Source of the DNA: Clostridiales bacterium
Lineage (GTDB): Bacteria; Bacillota; Clostridia; Clostridiales; Clostridiaceae
Direction of reading: 5' to 3'
Assembly: GCA_017889345.1 (NCBI GenBank)
Contig: JAGHEJ010000059.1
Location: 13,280-45,279 of the forward strand
Length of the DNA: 32,000 nt
Every line of letters starts with the position of its first letter. The first letter of the stretch is position 1. The notes under the pieces are model-generated. The model was not told where the DNA came from, made no database searches, and worked only from the letters and a program-made list of their open reading frames with translations. Below are positions 22,174-31,925 of the stretch, piece after piece. A program made the translations under genes and the position numbers.

Positions 22174-24633
22174 ATGAAAAATAAAGAGAAGGTTTTGGAA
22201 AAATCTTTAGAAGAAATTACGGCGGTGGAAATTAAAAATCTAAAAACAGAAATTAAATCCGTTAATGAAAATCATATAGTTTTGGGATTTACTATTGAAG
22301 ATAAAATTGTGGAAACAGTTGAGGGAACATTCAGTTATAAAGAATTTGGAGAAGAGAAGGATTCAGAAAGTTTGCCTGAAAAAGAAGAGTCTAGTGAAGA
22401 GGAAATGGGTGGACAAGCACAAGTAGGAGAGGGAGTTACTACATTTACACAAAGTGTTACAGAAACTGTGGATAAATTAAAATTAACTGAAGGAAATAAG
22501 AGTAAAAATGAATGGAACTTAAAGGGATTAGATAAGGTTGGATTATATAAAGGAGATGTTAAAGTTTCTATTTATGGAAAAGAGGAAACTTATAAGATAA
22601 CTTTAAGAAAGATTAATGAAGAGAAAAAGGTAAGTATAGAAGAAATTAAAATAGACAGCAGTGTTTCAAGCGATGTAGAAGTTCAAGAGTCCGTTCAGGT
22701 TGATGGTGGTGTAGAGAATAGTGGACAAGAGGCATCACCAGAATCTAAAATTCACACACTAACTCTTTCAAACATTAAAGTTAATAATAAAACATTATTA
22801 AATAATGAAATAGTTGAATTAAAATCGGAAAAATATGGAATAATTAAAAAACAAGAGAAGGTGAAAAACTCTAATACTTATGAGTTTGCTATAACTGGAG
22901 AACTTGTAGATAAAGAAATTTTTGATGTAATTATAAAGAATAAATCAGAGAAAAAAGAGAAAAGTGAAGATATTCTAGCTACCACTCAAATTATTTTAAT
23001 AAAGAATGAAATTAAACTTGAAGAGAGTGAAGAAAATCCTAATAAAATAGAAGGAAAACAGGTTTTTAGCTCTTTTAAATCTACAGGGGCAAATACAGGG
23101 GAGCTTTCTATTAATGATAAAAGCATACTAACAAAACTTGAACCAAATAGTCAAAAATGGTCAACAATTCTTAAATTAAATTCAGGAAGCGTTCAAAATA
23201 TAACTTTAAAAAATGAAGATTCTCCTAAGGAAGGCAAAAATGAAGCCCTATTTATTATAATTTTTAATGGAAAAACTCCTATGGGGAAAATAAGTTGGAG
23301 TTTTGGAAAATTAAAAGGGGAAACTTATAACCCAATAATTGAAGCTTTAAATTTTGTGAATAATCCTAAGATAGTTAGAAATGGTTCTTCTTTTAGACTT
23401 GAAGTTAAGTTTAATGATTTAATTCCAGCTGGTGAAAAAATTGAACTAATTAATGATGGTAAAATAATTGATTCAGAAAAAATTACAATAGATAACTTTA
23501 AAACAGGAAATTATATTTTAAAAAGTAATGTTAAAACAGGCAATTATAGGGGAGCTTATGAAGCAGGTATTAATGTAAATATAAATCCTATTGGAATTAC
23601 TATAAGGGATAATAAACTTAATATTGTAGGAAGTGCAGAGGTTTTAATAGAAACAAGTTTCTTTGATGAGAAAGATAAACAAAATGTTAAAGGAGGATCT
23701 CTTAAATATAAGGAAAAGGGTTCTTCAGGAGATTTTATAGAAATTAATCTTTCAAGCGAGGAAGTTAAACAAAAATATTTAGTTAAAAGAGTTGAAGGTT
23801 TAAGGGAAGGAATTTATTATTAATTTTTAGCTCAATATTTATGTGTAAATAAAGAAAAGCAGGAAGCAGAGAGCTTAGTTAGAATTTTTTCAAATACAAT
23901 TGAGATATTAATCCCTAAAAAACAAGATGAAAATAAAAAAGATGAGATTAAAATAGAAGTTGATAAAGAAAATTCAGAACAAATTGAAGATGGAATATCG
24001 ATAAAAATCCCATCTAATATTTTAATTGATAAGGAAAAAAATATAGAAGCAGGGGTTTTTAAATATAAAGATAAAAATGGAAATATTGTAACTCAATCTA
24101 AAGAAGAGTTTTCAAATGTAACTGTAAAATTTGAAGGGGAAAAAATGATAATAGATGGACTTGTTCCAGGAAAAAGATATGAAGAGATAACTGTTGATTA
24201 CGTTGATAAAGATGGAAAAATCAAATCATTAACTTTAAAAGATATAGTAGTAGAGCCTCAATCTAAATTAGATGAATATCTTCCTAATGTTTATGATTCT
24301 GTGTTTTCAAGAGAGGCAGATGAAGCAGGATATCATTATCATTTAGATAGGTTAGAAAGTGGAGAAACTTCTATAAGAGATTTTTTAAGAAGTATAATAG
24401 ATGGAGAAGAATTTGGTCAAAACAAAGATCTTGGAGAAAAAGTTGATGATTTATATAGTGCTATAGTTGGAAGGGATTCTGATGAAGAAGGAAAAAAGTT
24501 CTGGATGGAAGAGTATAACAAAACTTTAAATGAATGCGGTTCAGATAAAGAAGCTTTAAAAATTATTGTAGATAGAATGGTAAATGAAAATGAATTAAAA
24601 GAGATTGCAGAAAAACTTGATGTTAAATGGTAA
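22174..24633 (+). pseudogene. Tandem paralog of 18737-21886 lacking a signal peptide and interrupted by one in-frame TAA (23821-23823)
   Basis: ORFs 22147-23823 and 24145-24633 are in the same frame. The stretch 23824-24144 between them is also open in that frame and stays homologous to the upstream paralog, e.g. ISIKIPSNILIDKEKNIEAGVFKYKDKNGNIV vs VNITLPSGVNYDSTKTPVAVKFTYKGLDGKTV. The likely start is ATG 22174 (GAGG 8 nt upstream). Confidence 0.65.
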
Positions 24634-24637
24634 AAAT

Positions 24638-24665
24638 AAAGGTGTAGAAATTTTTCTACACCTTT
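24638..24665. terminator. Bidirectional terminator between convergent genes
   Basis: Perfect 12-bp stem AAAGGTGTAGAA (24638-24649) / TTCTACACCTTT (24654-24665), with A-rich and T-rich flanks. Confidence 0.8.
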
Positions 24666-25908
24666 ATTTATTGTAAATAACAGCTACTGCATTTGTTATT
24701 TCTCTTTGATATTTATCTGGATCATTCATTAAAAATAATTTATGTTCATTATTTTCAAAGGAAATAGAAGTGGAGCCTCCACCATCTAAGTTTATTGCGT
24801 TTACAATTCCTAGAGATTCTAAATGGGAAGCTAATTCATCAAGAGTCATTCCAAGACTTCCATTTGATTCATCAACAGTAAATAAAATAAGTTTATTATC
24901 TCTTGTAACTCCAAGAGCACTTCTTGCACGTCTACTATTTATAAGAGAAGGTTCTGCTAAGGAACTATAATAATTGTAGTCCATTTTCTCTCCATTTTTA
25001 ATTAAGTATTCGTGGCCAGTAAATGCCGTTACAATATCATTTTTAATTGCTTTCTTATTATAAGAATAAATATCAAATCTAAGAGATACTACTGAATTTA
25101 AAAATCCATAGGAAATATCATAATAATTATCATCTCCATAAGAGGTAATAAGAAGCTGATTTTTTTCAATTTTTTTAGGAGAATTCATTTCTCCAACCTC
25201 AATAACTTTTCCATAAATTTTTTTTCCAGGATAAATACTTCCATCACTATTTGAAAGCTCAATTAACATATATCTAGAAGGAAGTCCTTCATGTGGGTAA
25301 TAAGTAGACTCTTTATTTATTTTATAAGTAGAAACATTTGTATCGTTGTAAGAGTCTAGTTTGTTTATAGAATTTATATATAAATTATCAAATATACCAC
25401 TAGAAAAGGAAAGTACTCCATTGATAGTTAAAAAATCAAAATCATAATTTTTGTTTTCATCTATATAAAATACAGGTCTTCTTAAAGATTCATCAGTTGA
25501 ATCTGTTATGGAATAAATTTCTCCATTAGAAATAGTTGTAAAAAGTGGTTGTCCAGTTCTTAATTGAAAAAATTCTCCGTTAATACCACCAATAATATTT
25601 TTACCCTTAAATTGTTTACTATTATTAAGTTGGTTTAACAGAGTATCTTTTGAAGATGATAAATCATCAGGTTTTATTAAAGCGAGGTTTATATTTGGAT
25701 TTGAAAAATCAAGCTCAATATAGTTTGTTTCTTGATTGTGTCCTGTGTCTTTAAAATTATAAATAGTTCTATGAATAAATGAAATACCATCTTCTAACTC
25801 AATTTTGTAATTGTAAGGAGTTGTTTGTGCAAATGTAGTAATCGTAGTAAAAAAAGTCATAATCATAGCTGTAAAAATTATTTTGAAATTATTCTTAAAA
25901 ATCTTCAT
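24664..25908 (-). CDS. Secreted phosphodiester glycosidase family protein (DUF2233/NAGPA-like)
   Basis: Signal peptide: MKIFKNNFKIIFTAMIMTFFTTITTFAQT. The C-terminal AINLDGGGSTS motif is characteristic of the family (from memory). GGAG lies 7 nt before the ATG. Confidence 0.6.
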   Translation of the reverse strand: MKIFKNNFKIIFTAMIMTFFTTITTFAQTTPYNYKIELEDGISFIHRTIYNFKDTGHNQETNYIELDFSNPNINLALIKPDDLSSSKDTLLNQLNNSKQFKGKNIIGGINGEFFQLRTGQPLFTTISNGEIYSITDSTDESLRRPVFYIDENKNYDFDFLTINGVLSFSSGIFDNLYINSINKLDSYNDTNVSTYKINKESTYYPHEGLPSRYMLIELSNSDGSIYPGKKIYGKVIEVGEMNSPKKIEKNQLLITSYGDDNYYDISYGFLNSVVSLRFDIYSYNKKAIKNDIVTAFTGHEYLIKNGEKMDYNYYSSLAEPSLINSRRARSALGVTRDNKLILFTVDESNGSLGMTLDELASHLESLGIVNAINLDGGGSTSISFENNEHKLFLMNDPDKYQREITNAVAVIYNK

Positions 25909-25971
25909 GTGTATACTCCAAATTAAATTAAAATATAATCTTGTAGTTATGTTAAAAATTTTTCTAGAAAG

Positions 25972-26694
25972 TTAGTTCATAAGTCTTTTTAAAAGTGCAT
26001 TTTTACAATTAAGTTCAAATGTAGAATCAATTTCTTCTAAGGATTCTACATCATTATATTTTTGCTTCAAAGTGTTTAAAATTATTCTATCTGTAAGCTC
26101 GGGATTTTTAGGAAGAAGTGGTCCGTGAATGTATGTACCAATTAAATTTTTATATATAACTCCTTCTGTCTTGTCCTCTCCATTATTTCCACAACCAATA
26201 ACGCAAGTTCCAAGAGGAGTATGATCATTTATGTATGTTTTTCCAGCATGATTTTCAAAACCAACATATGTTTCATTGAAGTTTTCATTTTTAATAACAA
26301 TATTTCCAATTTTACGTATATCAGAAGAAATGGTTTCAATATTTAAAATACTAAGACCTTCAAGAGTTTTTCCCTCAACAGTTGTATAACTTTTTCCCAT
26401 TAATTGATACCCTCCACAAATGCAAAGGGTAACACCATCATTTTCAATAAAATCTTTTAACATCTCTTTTTTACTTAAAAGATCTTTCGTAACTAAAGAT
26501 TGTTCAAAATCTTGTCCACCACCAATAAAAACAATATCCCCTTTATTAAGAGTAGGAGTATCATTTAAGTGAATGTTATTTACATGAACATCAATGCCTC
26601 TTTTTTTACATCGATTTTTTATAGCTAAAATATTTCCAATATCTCCATAGGTGTTTAATAAATCAGGATAAAAATGATGAATAGTTATTTCCAC
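25972..26694 (-). CDS. gatD: Lipid II isoglutaminyl synthase, glutaminase subunit (CobQ/GATase-like)
   Basis: GTG start with AGGAGG 8 nt upstream. The catalytic-Cys context LCICGGYQLMG and the His context YIHGPLLPKNP are present. The gene lies immediately downstream of murT. Confidence 0.8.
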   Translation of the reverse strand: MEITIHHFYPDLLNTYGDIGNILAIKNRCKKRGIDVHVNNIHLNDTPTLNKGDIVFIGGGQDFEQSLVTKDLLSKKEMLKDFIENDGVTLCICGGYQLMGKSYTTVEGKTLEGLSILNIETISSDIRKIGNIVIKNENFNETYVGFENHAGKTYINDHTPLGTCVIGCGNNGEDKTEGVIYKNLIGTYIHGPLLPKNPELTDRIILNTLKQKYNDVESLEEIDSTFELNCKNALLKRLMN

Positions 26695-26709
26695 TAAAAG
26701 TACCTCCTG

Positions 26710-28050
26710 CTACCAAACCATATCTAAATAGTTTTTATTATATAAAAATTTTCTAAACTCAAGCATACATGTGTAGCTACACAAAATATAAATGGTTTCA
26801 TTTTCCTTTGACTCTAAATAAGTTAAAATATCTTCATATTTTTCAAAAGCTTGAATAGTTTTATTTTCATCTACAAGGCTAAGTCTTAAAGCCATATCAT
26901 GTGTTCTAATTCCACCTGTAAAAATATCTTTTATATTAAAATTATTTATCATTTCTAAATTAACATCATATATCCACGAGACGTCTTGGCCATCTGCATA
27001 ATTATCATTAAGTAAAAATCCCATAGAGAATTCTTGTCCCTTATTAAGAGAGATTGTATTTAATGTTTCATTAAATCCAGCAGGATTTTTAACTAAAAAC
27101 ATTGTAAGGGAATTTGATTTTATTTTAAATTTTTCCTGTCTTCCAAAAACTTTTGAAAAAGATTTTATGGAATCAATTGTTATGTAATCAGGAACGCTAC
27201 AAATCATACTAATTGTATAAGCACAAAGAACATTGTAAATATTGTAAAGTCCACCTTGATTAATTGTTATAATGTTATTTTTAATTTTTATTATGTTTTC
27301 GTTTATGTTACTTTCTAAAATGTCCTCTACTGCAAAGTCAAGCTCTTCTCTTTTAAAATCACATTTACTACATTTAAAATCCCCTAAATGATTATAGGTT
27401 ATAAAATTGTATTCATAAGGCTCACCACAAAATTTACAATTCTTAGCTTCAACATTTAAATTAACTAAGGATTCTTCATTTTTAAAATTATCAAATCCAA
27501 AATAATATTTGTTGTTATAAATTTTTTCAAGAGAACACAAAAGAGGTTCATCTCCATTTAAAACAAGTTTTGCGTTGCTACATAATTTTATTCCTTCTTT
27601 AATGTGGTTTAATGTTGTGTAAACTTCACCATATCTATCTAATTGATCTCTAAAAATATTTGTAACTGCAATAATTTTAGGTTCTATATATTTACAAACG
27701 TGTTTTAAACTTGCTTCATCAACCTCTATTACACCAATTTTAGAAACTTTTTTGTTGAAACTATAATTTTTTATGTATGTAGTAACTATTCCAGGTAACA
27801 TATTTGCACCTGTTGAGTTTGAGAAACAGTCTATAAAAGCATTGTTAAATATGTGACTTGTTAGAGCTGTTGTGGTAGTTTTTCCATTTGTTCCAGTTAT
27901 TAAAATTGTCTCTACATTTTTAGATACATGTTTCAAAATATCTGGACAAATTTTTAGAGCAATTTTTCCTGGAAAAGAGCTTCCTTTGTTTTTAGATTTT
28001 AAAACTAAAATAATAAGTTTTGTTACTATAATTGATAAAAATTTTTTCAT
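26710..28050 (-). CDS. murT: Lipid II isoglutaminyl synthase, Mur-ligase-like subunit
   Basis: P-loop ITGTNGKTTTT. Cys4 ribbon CKFCGEPYEY...FKCSKC. Mur-ligase central-domain pattern. Operon pairing with gatD. Confidence 0.85.
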   Translation of the reverse strand: MKKFLSIIVTKLIILVLKSKNKGSSFPGKIALKICPDILKHVSKNVETILITGTNGKTTTTALTSHIFNNAFIDCFSNSTGANMLPGIVTTYIKNYSFNKKVSKIGVIEVDEASLKHVCKYIEPKIIAVTNIFRDQLDRYGEVYTTLNHIKEGIKLCSNAKLVLNGDEPLLCSLEKIYNNKYYFGFDNFKNEESLVNLNVEAKNCKFCGEPYEYNFITYNHLGDFKCSKCDFKREELDFAVEDILESNINENIIKIKNNIITINQGGLYNIYNVLCAYTISMICSVPDYITIDSIKSFSKVFGRQEKFKIKSNSLTMFLVKNPAGFNETLNTISLNKGQEFSMGFLLNDNYADGQDVSWIYDVNLEMINNFNIKDIFTGGIRTHDMALRLSLVDENKTIQAFEKYEDILTYLESKENETIYILCSYTCMLEFRKFLYNKNYLDMVW

Positions 28051-28071
28051 AAAACTCTAACCTCAAAAAAA

Positions 28072-28974
28072 TTAATAGCTATTGGTAAGTATATCATAAT
28101 CAAAATAAATATAGTCAACATTTTCATTAAAATCGGATTTTAATTTAGAATTTTTATTAAATTCTTTAAAAATCACATTAAAATCCTCAGGAGAAACTTT
28201 TTCTCCGTTTTTATAAAAGGGAAAAAATTTAAATCTTACTTTTTTCAATTTTGAATTTGAAATAAATAAATTAATTTGGTAAATAAAATTAAAATTAGAT
28301 TCATTTCCTATATATAAAATAGGAATATTTTTTGAAGAAGAAAGAGAGGGAGTTTCATTTAAAACAATAAACAAGGAATCTTTTTTACAAACACTTTTAA
28401 GTAAAGAGGGGTTTAAATTATTTTTATCAATTAAAGTAATTGGGATAAAATTATTTTCATTTAGTGCCTTTAAATAACGACTAAGTTCTAATAGATCTTT
28501 ATTGTTTAAAAGCTTTGGCTTTAAATAGGAAAAAGAGAAATTATCATATTTAAAACATCTATAAAGCTCTTCGTTTAAATATTGGAAAGTTGAATCTTGG
28601 GTATTATTTAAAATTAACAGGTTCTTTTTGTTTAAATTTTCTAACAATAATGAAATATCTTCCGTTAATGTTTCGTTTTTTAAATTTAAAATGGAAAAAT
28701 TCGAAGATATTAAGAGGGGTTTTGTTGTTTCGTTTATTAAATTCTCCTCAAAAATAGTTATGAAATATTCGTTCATTAACTCTGAGGTATCAGTTTTAAT
28801 AGATGAGTTGTTAACCTTCTTGTTTTGTAGTAAAATATCATATATGTGTTCTTTTGTATTTTCGATGGAGAAAACAATTTTATACATAAAATCTGAAAAG
28901 GGATTATTGTATGTAGTTAGAAAAGCACCAAAGATAATAAATGAGATTATTAAAAATTTAATTATGAATTTCAT
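28072..28974 (-). CDS. Hypothetical N-terminally membrane-anchored protein, first gene of the murT-gatD operon
   Basis: A 300-aa ORF with an N-terminal TM (FIIKFLIISFIIFGAFL). The remainder is Asn/Lys-rich and I recognised no motif. It sits 21 nt upstream of murT on the same strand. Confidence 0.55.
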   Translation of the reverse strand: MKFIIKFLIISFIIFGAFLTTYNNPFSDFMYKIVFSIENTKEHIYDILLQNKKVNNSSIKTDTSELMNEYFITIFEENLINETTKPLLISSNFSILNLKNETLTEDISLLLENLNKKNLLILNNTQDSTFQYLNEELYRCFKYDNFSFSYLKPKLLNNKDLLELSRYLKALNENNFIPITLIDKNNLNPSLLKSVCKKDSLFIVLNETPSLSSSKNIPILYIGNESNFNFIYQINLFISNSKLKKVRFKFFPFYKNGEKVSPEDFNVIFKEFNKNSKLKSDFNENVDYIYFDYDILTNSY

Positions 28975-29067
28975 TATAAAATACCCCGTGTAGATAGTTT
29001 GTTTAAAAGGAATTTATATTTATTATTCTCAAACTAATATTAAAAATGTAGTTAAAGAGGTTTTTGT

Positions 29068-30939
29068 ATGGGCAAAAAATTTGGAGAGGATAACAAAGAT
29101 ATCCAATTTCATAAATTTGAAAAACTATTAAATAAGAATAAAAACAAAGTTGATTTTTCAAATATGTCTCCTTATGAAATAATTAATCATTTAAGAGATG
29201 AAGATATAAGGAAAAATTATAAGGTTCTTCCTTCAAGTAGATTTGTAAAAAAAATGTTTCTCACTTCTTTTGTTGCGATATGTTTAATAGTTGTGTACAC
29301 CGTAACTGGTAGTGGAGCTAAAATTCAAAAAAATATAAATATATTTGTAAACAAAATAGATGATAAAAGAGAAAGTGAGAAGATAATTAAAAATTCACTA
29401 GATTATATAATACAGGGAAATTTTGAAACTTTAATAAATGTTTATAGAGATAGGGCAAATGATTCTTATGACAATCATTTTGAACTAGTTACTATGTTAA
29501 ATAGCATAAGTAACGTTAAAGAGGCAAAAGATGAATTATTAAAGTTAAAATCAAAAATTGAACAGTCTTCTCTTATAAAAAATCCAAAGGATATGAGACA
29601 AAATATTTATAAATTAATTGATGGATTTTTATTAACTAATTCCTTAGATGAGGTTAAAAATGTTTTGGATAGATATAGACAAGCTTTAGGAAATGAAGTT
29701 TTGTTTAAAGAGAAGGAAATTGTATATAACCTCGTTTTAGAAAATGAACAAGAGGCCATAAATATATATTCTTCAATTGATTTAAATACTTTAAATGATG
29801 AGGAAAGTATTTTAATTTATGGGAAGTTAAGTGTTATATTTGATAAAATTGATAAATCTATTGAAGCATTAGATAAGTTATTATCTTTAAATATAAATAA
29901 TATGGAAGTATTAGCTTTAATAGAAAATATAATTGCTTATAATAATAGTGAATTTAATCAAATATTAAATTCTTACATTGAACAAAATCCTGAAAATGAA
30001 AGATTAAAATTAATAAGAGCAATTGGAAACTCTTCTGATTTATCAAAGACTCAAAATAATATAGAAGATATTGATAGCGTTATAAAAGTTCATTTAAATG
30101 ATCATCTTCCTAAAATTGTAAAACTTGATATTTTAACAAAAGCATCTAGAAACAATGAAGCTTTAGTAATCGTAAATGAGTTTAAAGGTATTGAAAATAA
30201 AACTTACGATATATATTATGCTTTAGCGAAATATTCATTAAACACAAATAGTTTTAATGATGCTCTTAACTATGTAAAAGAGAGCATTTCTTTGAATCCA
30301 AATTTTTCTGAGAATTATGATATTTTATTAAGAGGGTTAATTAATGAAAACAAAAGTATAAATATTAATTATTTTTATTTGAAAATGAAATCTTTGGATT
30401 TATTAAATACAGATATAGATAAGAATTTTGTAGATATATATATAAATAACCTTAATGATATAAATAATGCTCTTGAAATTTTAAATTTCTCAAATAGAAT
30501 CTCAAGTTTTGAGGCTAATTTAAAATATAAAATGGCGGAAATTTATATTGATCAAAAAAGATATGAAGAAGCAAAACAAAAACTTTATGAAACAATAGCT
30601 CTTGAGGAAAAATCAATTTATTATAGAACTCTTGGAGTATTGCTTGTTCAAATAGGAGAGGTTGAAGATGGAATAAATAATATAAGAAAAGCTTACGCAC
30701 TAGATCCATCAGATATTTTAAACCTAAATAATGCAGGAGCGTATTATGCAAATATCGAAAAAGATATTCAAAAAGCTTTTTCAAATATAAAGGCGGCTTA
30801 TGAGGGATTAAACGAAACTTATAATCAATATGAAGCATTTATAATAAGAGAAAATTATTTTAAATTAGAGTCCATATATAATCATGAAACAGGTGAATCA
30901 ACAACAGATGTAATACCTCAAATAGATTATTTATACTAA
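29068..30939 (+). CDS. Membrane-anchored TPR-repeat protein
   Basis: SD AAAGAGG precedes the ATG. One TM is present (MFLTSFVAICLIVVYTV). TPR-like repeats lie toward the C-terminus, e.g. YKMAEIYIDQKRYEEAKQKLYETIALEEKS and YRTLGVLLVQIGEVEDGINNIRKAYALDPSD. Confidence 0.7.
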   Translation: MGKKFGEDNKDIQFHKFEKLLNKNKNKVDFSNMSPYEIINHLRDEDIRKNYKVLPSSRFVKKMFLTSFVAICLIVVYTVTGSGAKIQKNINIFVNKIDDKRESEKIIKNSLDYIIQGNFETLINVYRDRANDSYDNHFELVTMLNSISNVKEAKDELLKLKSKIEQSSLIKNPKDMRQNIYKLIDGFLLTNSLDEVKNVLDRYRQALGNEVLFKEKEIVYNLVLENEQEAINIYSSIDLNTLNDEESILIYGKLSVIFDKIDKSIEALDKLLSLNINNMEVLALIENIIAYNNSEFNQILNSYIEQNPENERLKLIRAIGNSSDLSKTQNNIEDIDSVIKVHLNDHLPKIVKLDILTKASRNNEALVIVNEFKGIENKTYDIYYALAKYSLNTNSFNDALNYVKESISLNPNFSENYDILLRGLINENKSININYFYLKMKSLDLLNTDIDKNFVDIYINNLNDINNALEILNFSNRISSFEANLKYKMAEIYIDQKRYEEAKQKLYETIALEEKSIYYRTLGVLLVQIGEVEDGINNIRKAYALDPSDILNLNNAGAYYANIEKDIQKAFSNIKAAYEGLNETYNQYEAFIIRENYFKLESIYNHETGESTTDVIPQIDYLY

Positions 30940-31000
30940 AAATTTAGAAAACTTTAGGCTTTAAAACTTTTAAAAAAAGATTAAAGTTTTTTTATTTGTA

Positions 31001-31030
31001 TTGTTAAAATATTTAATGAGGTAATATAAT
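31001..31030 (+). promoter_or_regulatory. Candidate uppP promoter (TTGTTA - 18 nt - TATAAT)
   Basis: TTGTTA at 31001-31006 and TATAAT at 31025-31030. Confidence 0.4.
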
Positions 31031-31066
31031 TAGTAGGAATTAGAAAAATATATAGGGGGGAAAGTT

Positions 31067-31903
31067 TTGGAAATATTATTAATATTAAAATCTATAATTA
31101 TTGCAATTGTTGAAGGTATAACTGAGTTTTTACCAGTTTCATCAACAGGGCACATGATAATTGTAGATGATATTATAAATTTTTCACAAACAGCGGGAGT
31201 TGATTTCGCTAATATGTATGAAGTTGTAATACAACTTGGTGCAATACTTGCCATTATGGTTTTATATAGGAAAAAAATTATAGATTCCATAGTTCATTTA
31301 AAAGAGTATGGATTTAAAATGTGGTTTTACATATTTATAGCATTTTTACCATCAGCAGTAGTTGGTGTTTTAATAAATGATTTTATAAAGGGAAAACTTT
31401 TTAATACTTTTAGCGTATCTGTTGGTCTTATAGTTGGAGCGATTATTCTTATTTTAGCTGAGAAGTTTTTTTCAAATAGAAACGTTGATTCTCAAACAGA
31501 CAATATTGAAGATATTAATATGAAGCAAGCTTTTGGAATAGGATGTTTTCAAATTTTATCTTTGTGGCCTGGAATGAGTAGATCTTCTTCTACAATATCT
31601 GGTGCGTGGATTTTCGGATGTTCAACAAAACTTGCAGCAGAATTTTCATTCTTCTTAGCAATTCCAACAATGATTGGAGCATCATTTTATGAACTTTTAG
31701 GAATGGATTACACAAATTTTACAACAAATCATGGGATAGCTTTAGGAGTTGGGTTTCTAGTCGCATTTCTAGTTGCACTTTTAGTTGTAGATAGTTTTAT
31801 AAAATTTTTAAAGAGATATCCTATGAAATATTTTGCTTATTATAGAATAGGTATAGCTATTTTACTTATAGTTCTTGTAAGTTTTAATGTTATACGTATT
31901 TAA
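31067..31903 (+). CDS. uppP: Undecaprenyl-diphosphate phosphatase
   Basis: The hallmark VEGITEFLPVSSTGHMIIV lies near the N-terminus, with PGMSRSSSTISG later in the protein. Eight-TM-type profile. TTG start after a G-rich SD. Confidence 0.9.
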   Translation: MEILLILKSIIIAIVEGITEFLPVSSTGHMIIVDDIINFSQTAGVDFANMYEVVIQLGAILAIMVLYRKKIIDSIVHLKEYGFKMWFYIFIAFLPSAVVGVLINDFIKGKLFNTFSVSVGLIVGAIILILAEKFFSNRNVDSQTDNIEDINMKQAFGIGCFQILSLWPGMSRSSSTISGAWIFGCSTKLAAEFSFFLAIPTMIGASFYELLGMDYTNFTTNHGIALGVGFLVAFLVALLVVDSFIKFLKRYPMKYFAYYRIGIAILLIVLVSFNVIRI

Positions 31904-31925
31904 TAGATAAATAAAAATATAACAT

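Noticed and set aside
23821-23823. The in-frame TAA as programmed recoding or a reassigned codon.
   Set aside because: TAA is the ordinary stop of most genes in this window (e.g. 4401-4403, 11730-11732, 15218-15220, 21884-21886, 24631-24633). I recognise no stimulatory context or downstream structure. A nonsense mutation is the simpler reading, although read-through was not excluded experimentally.
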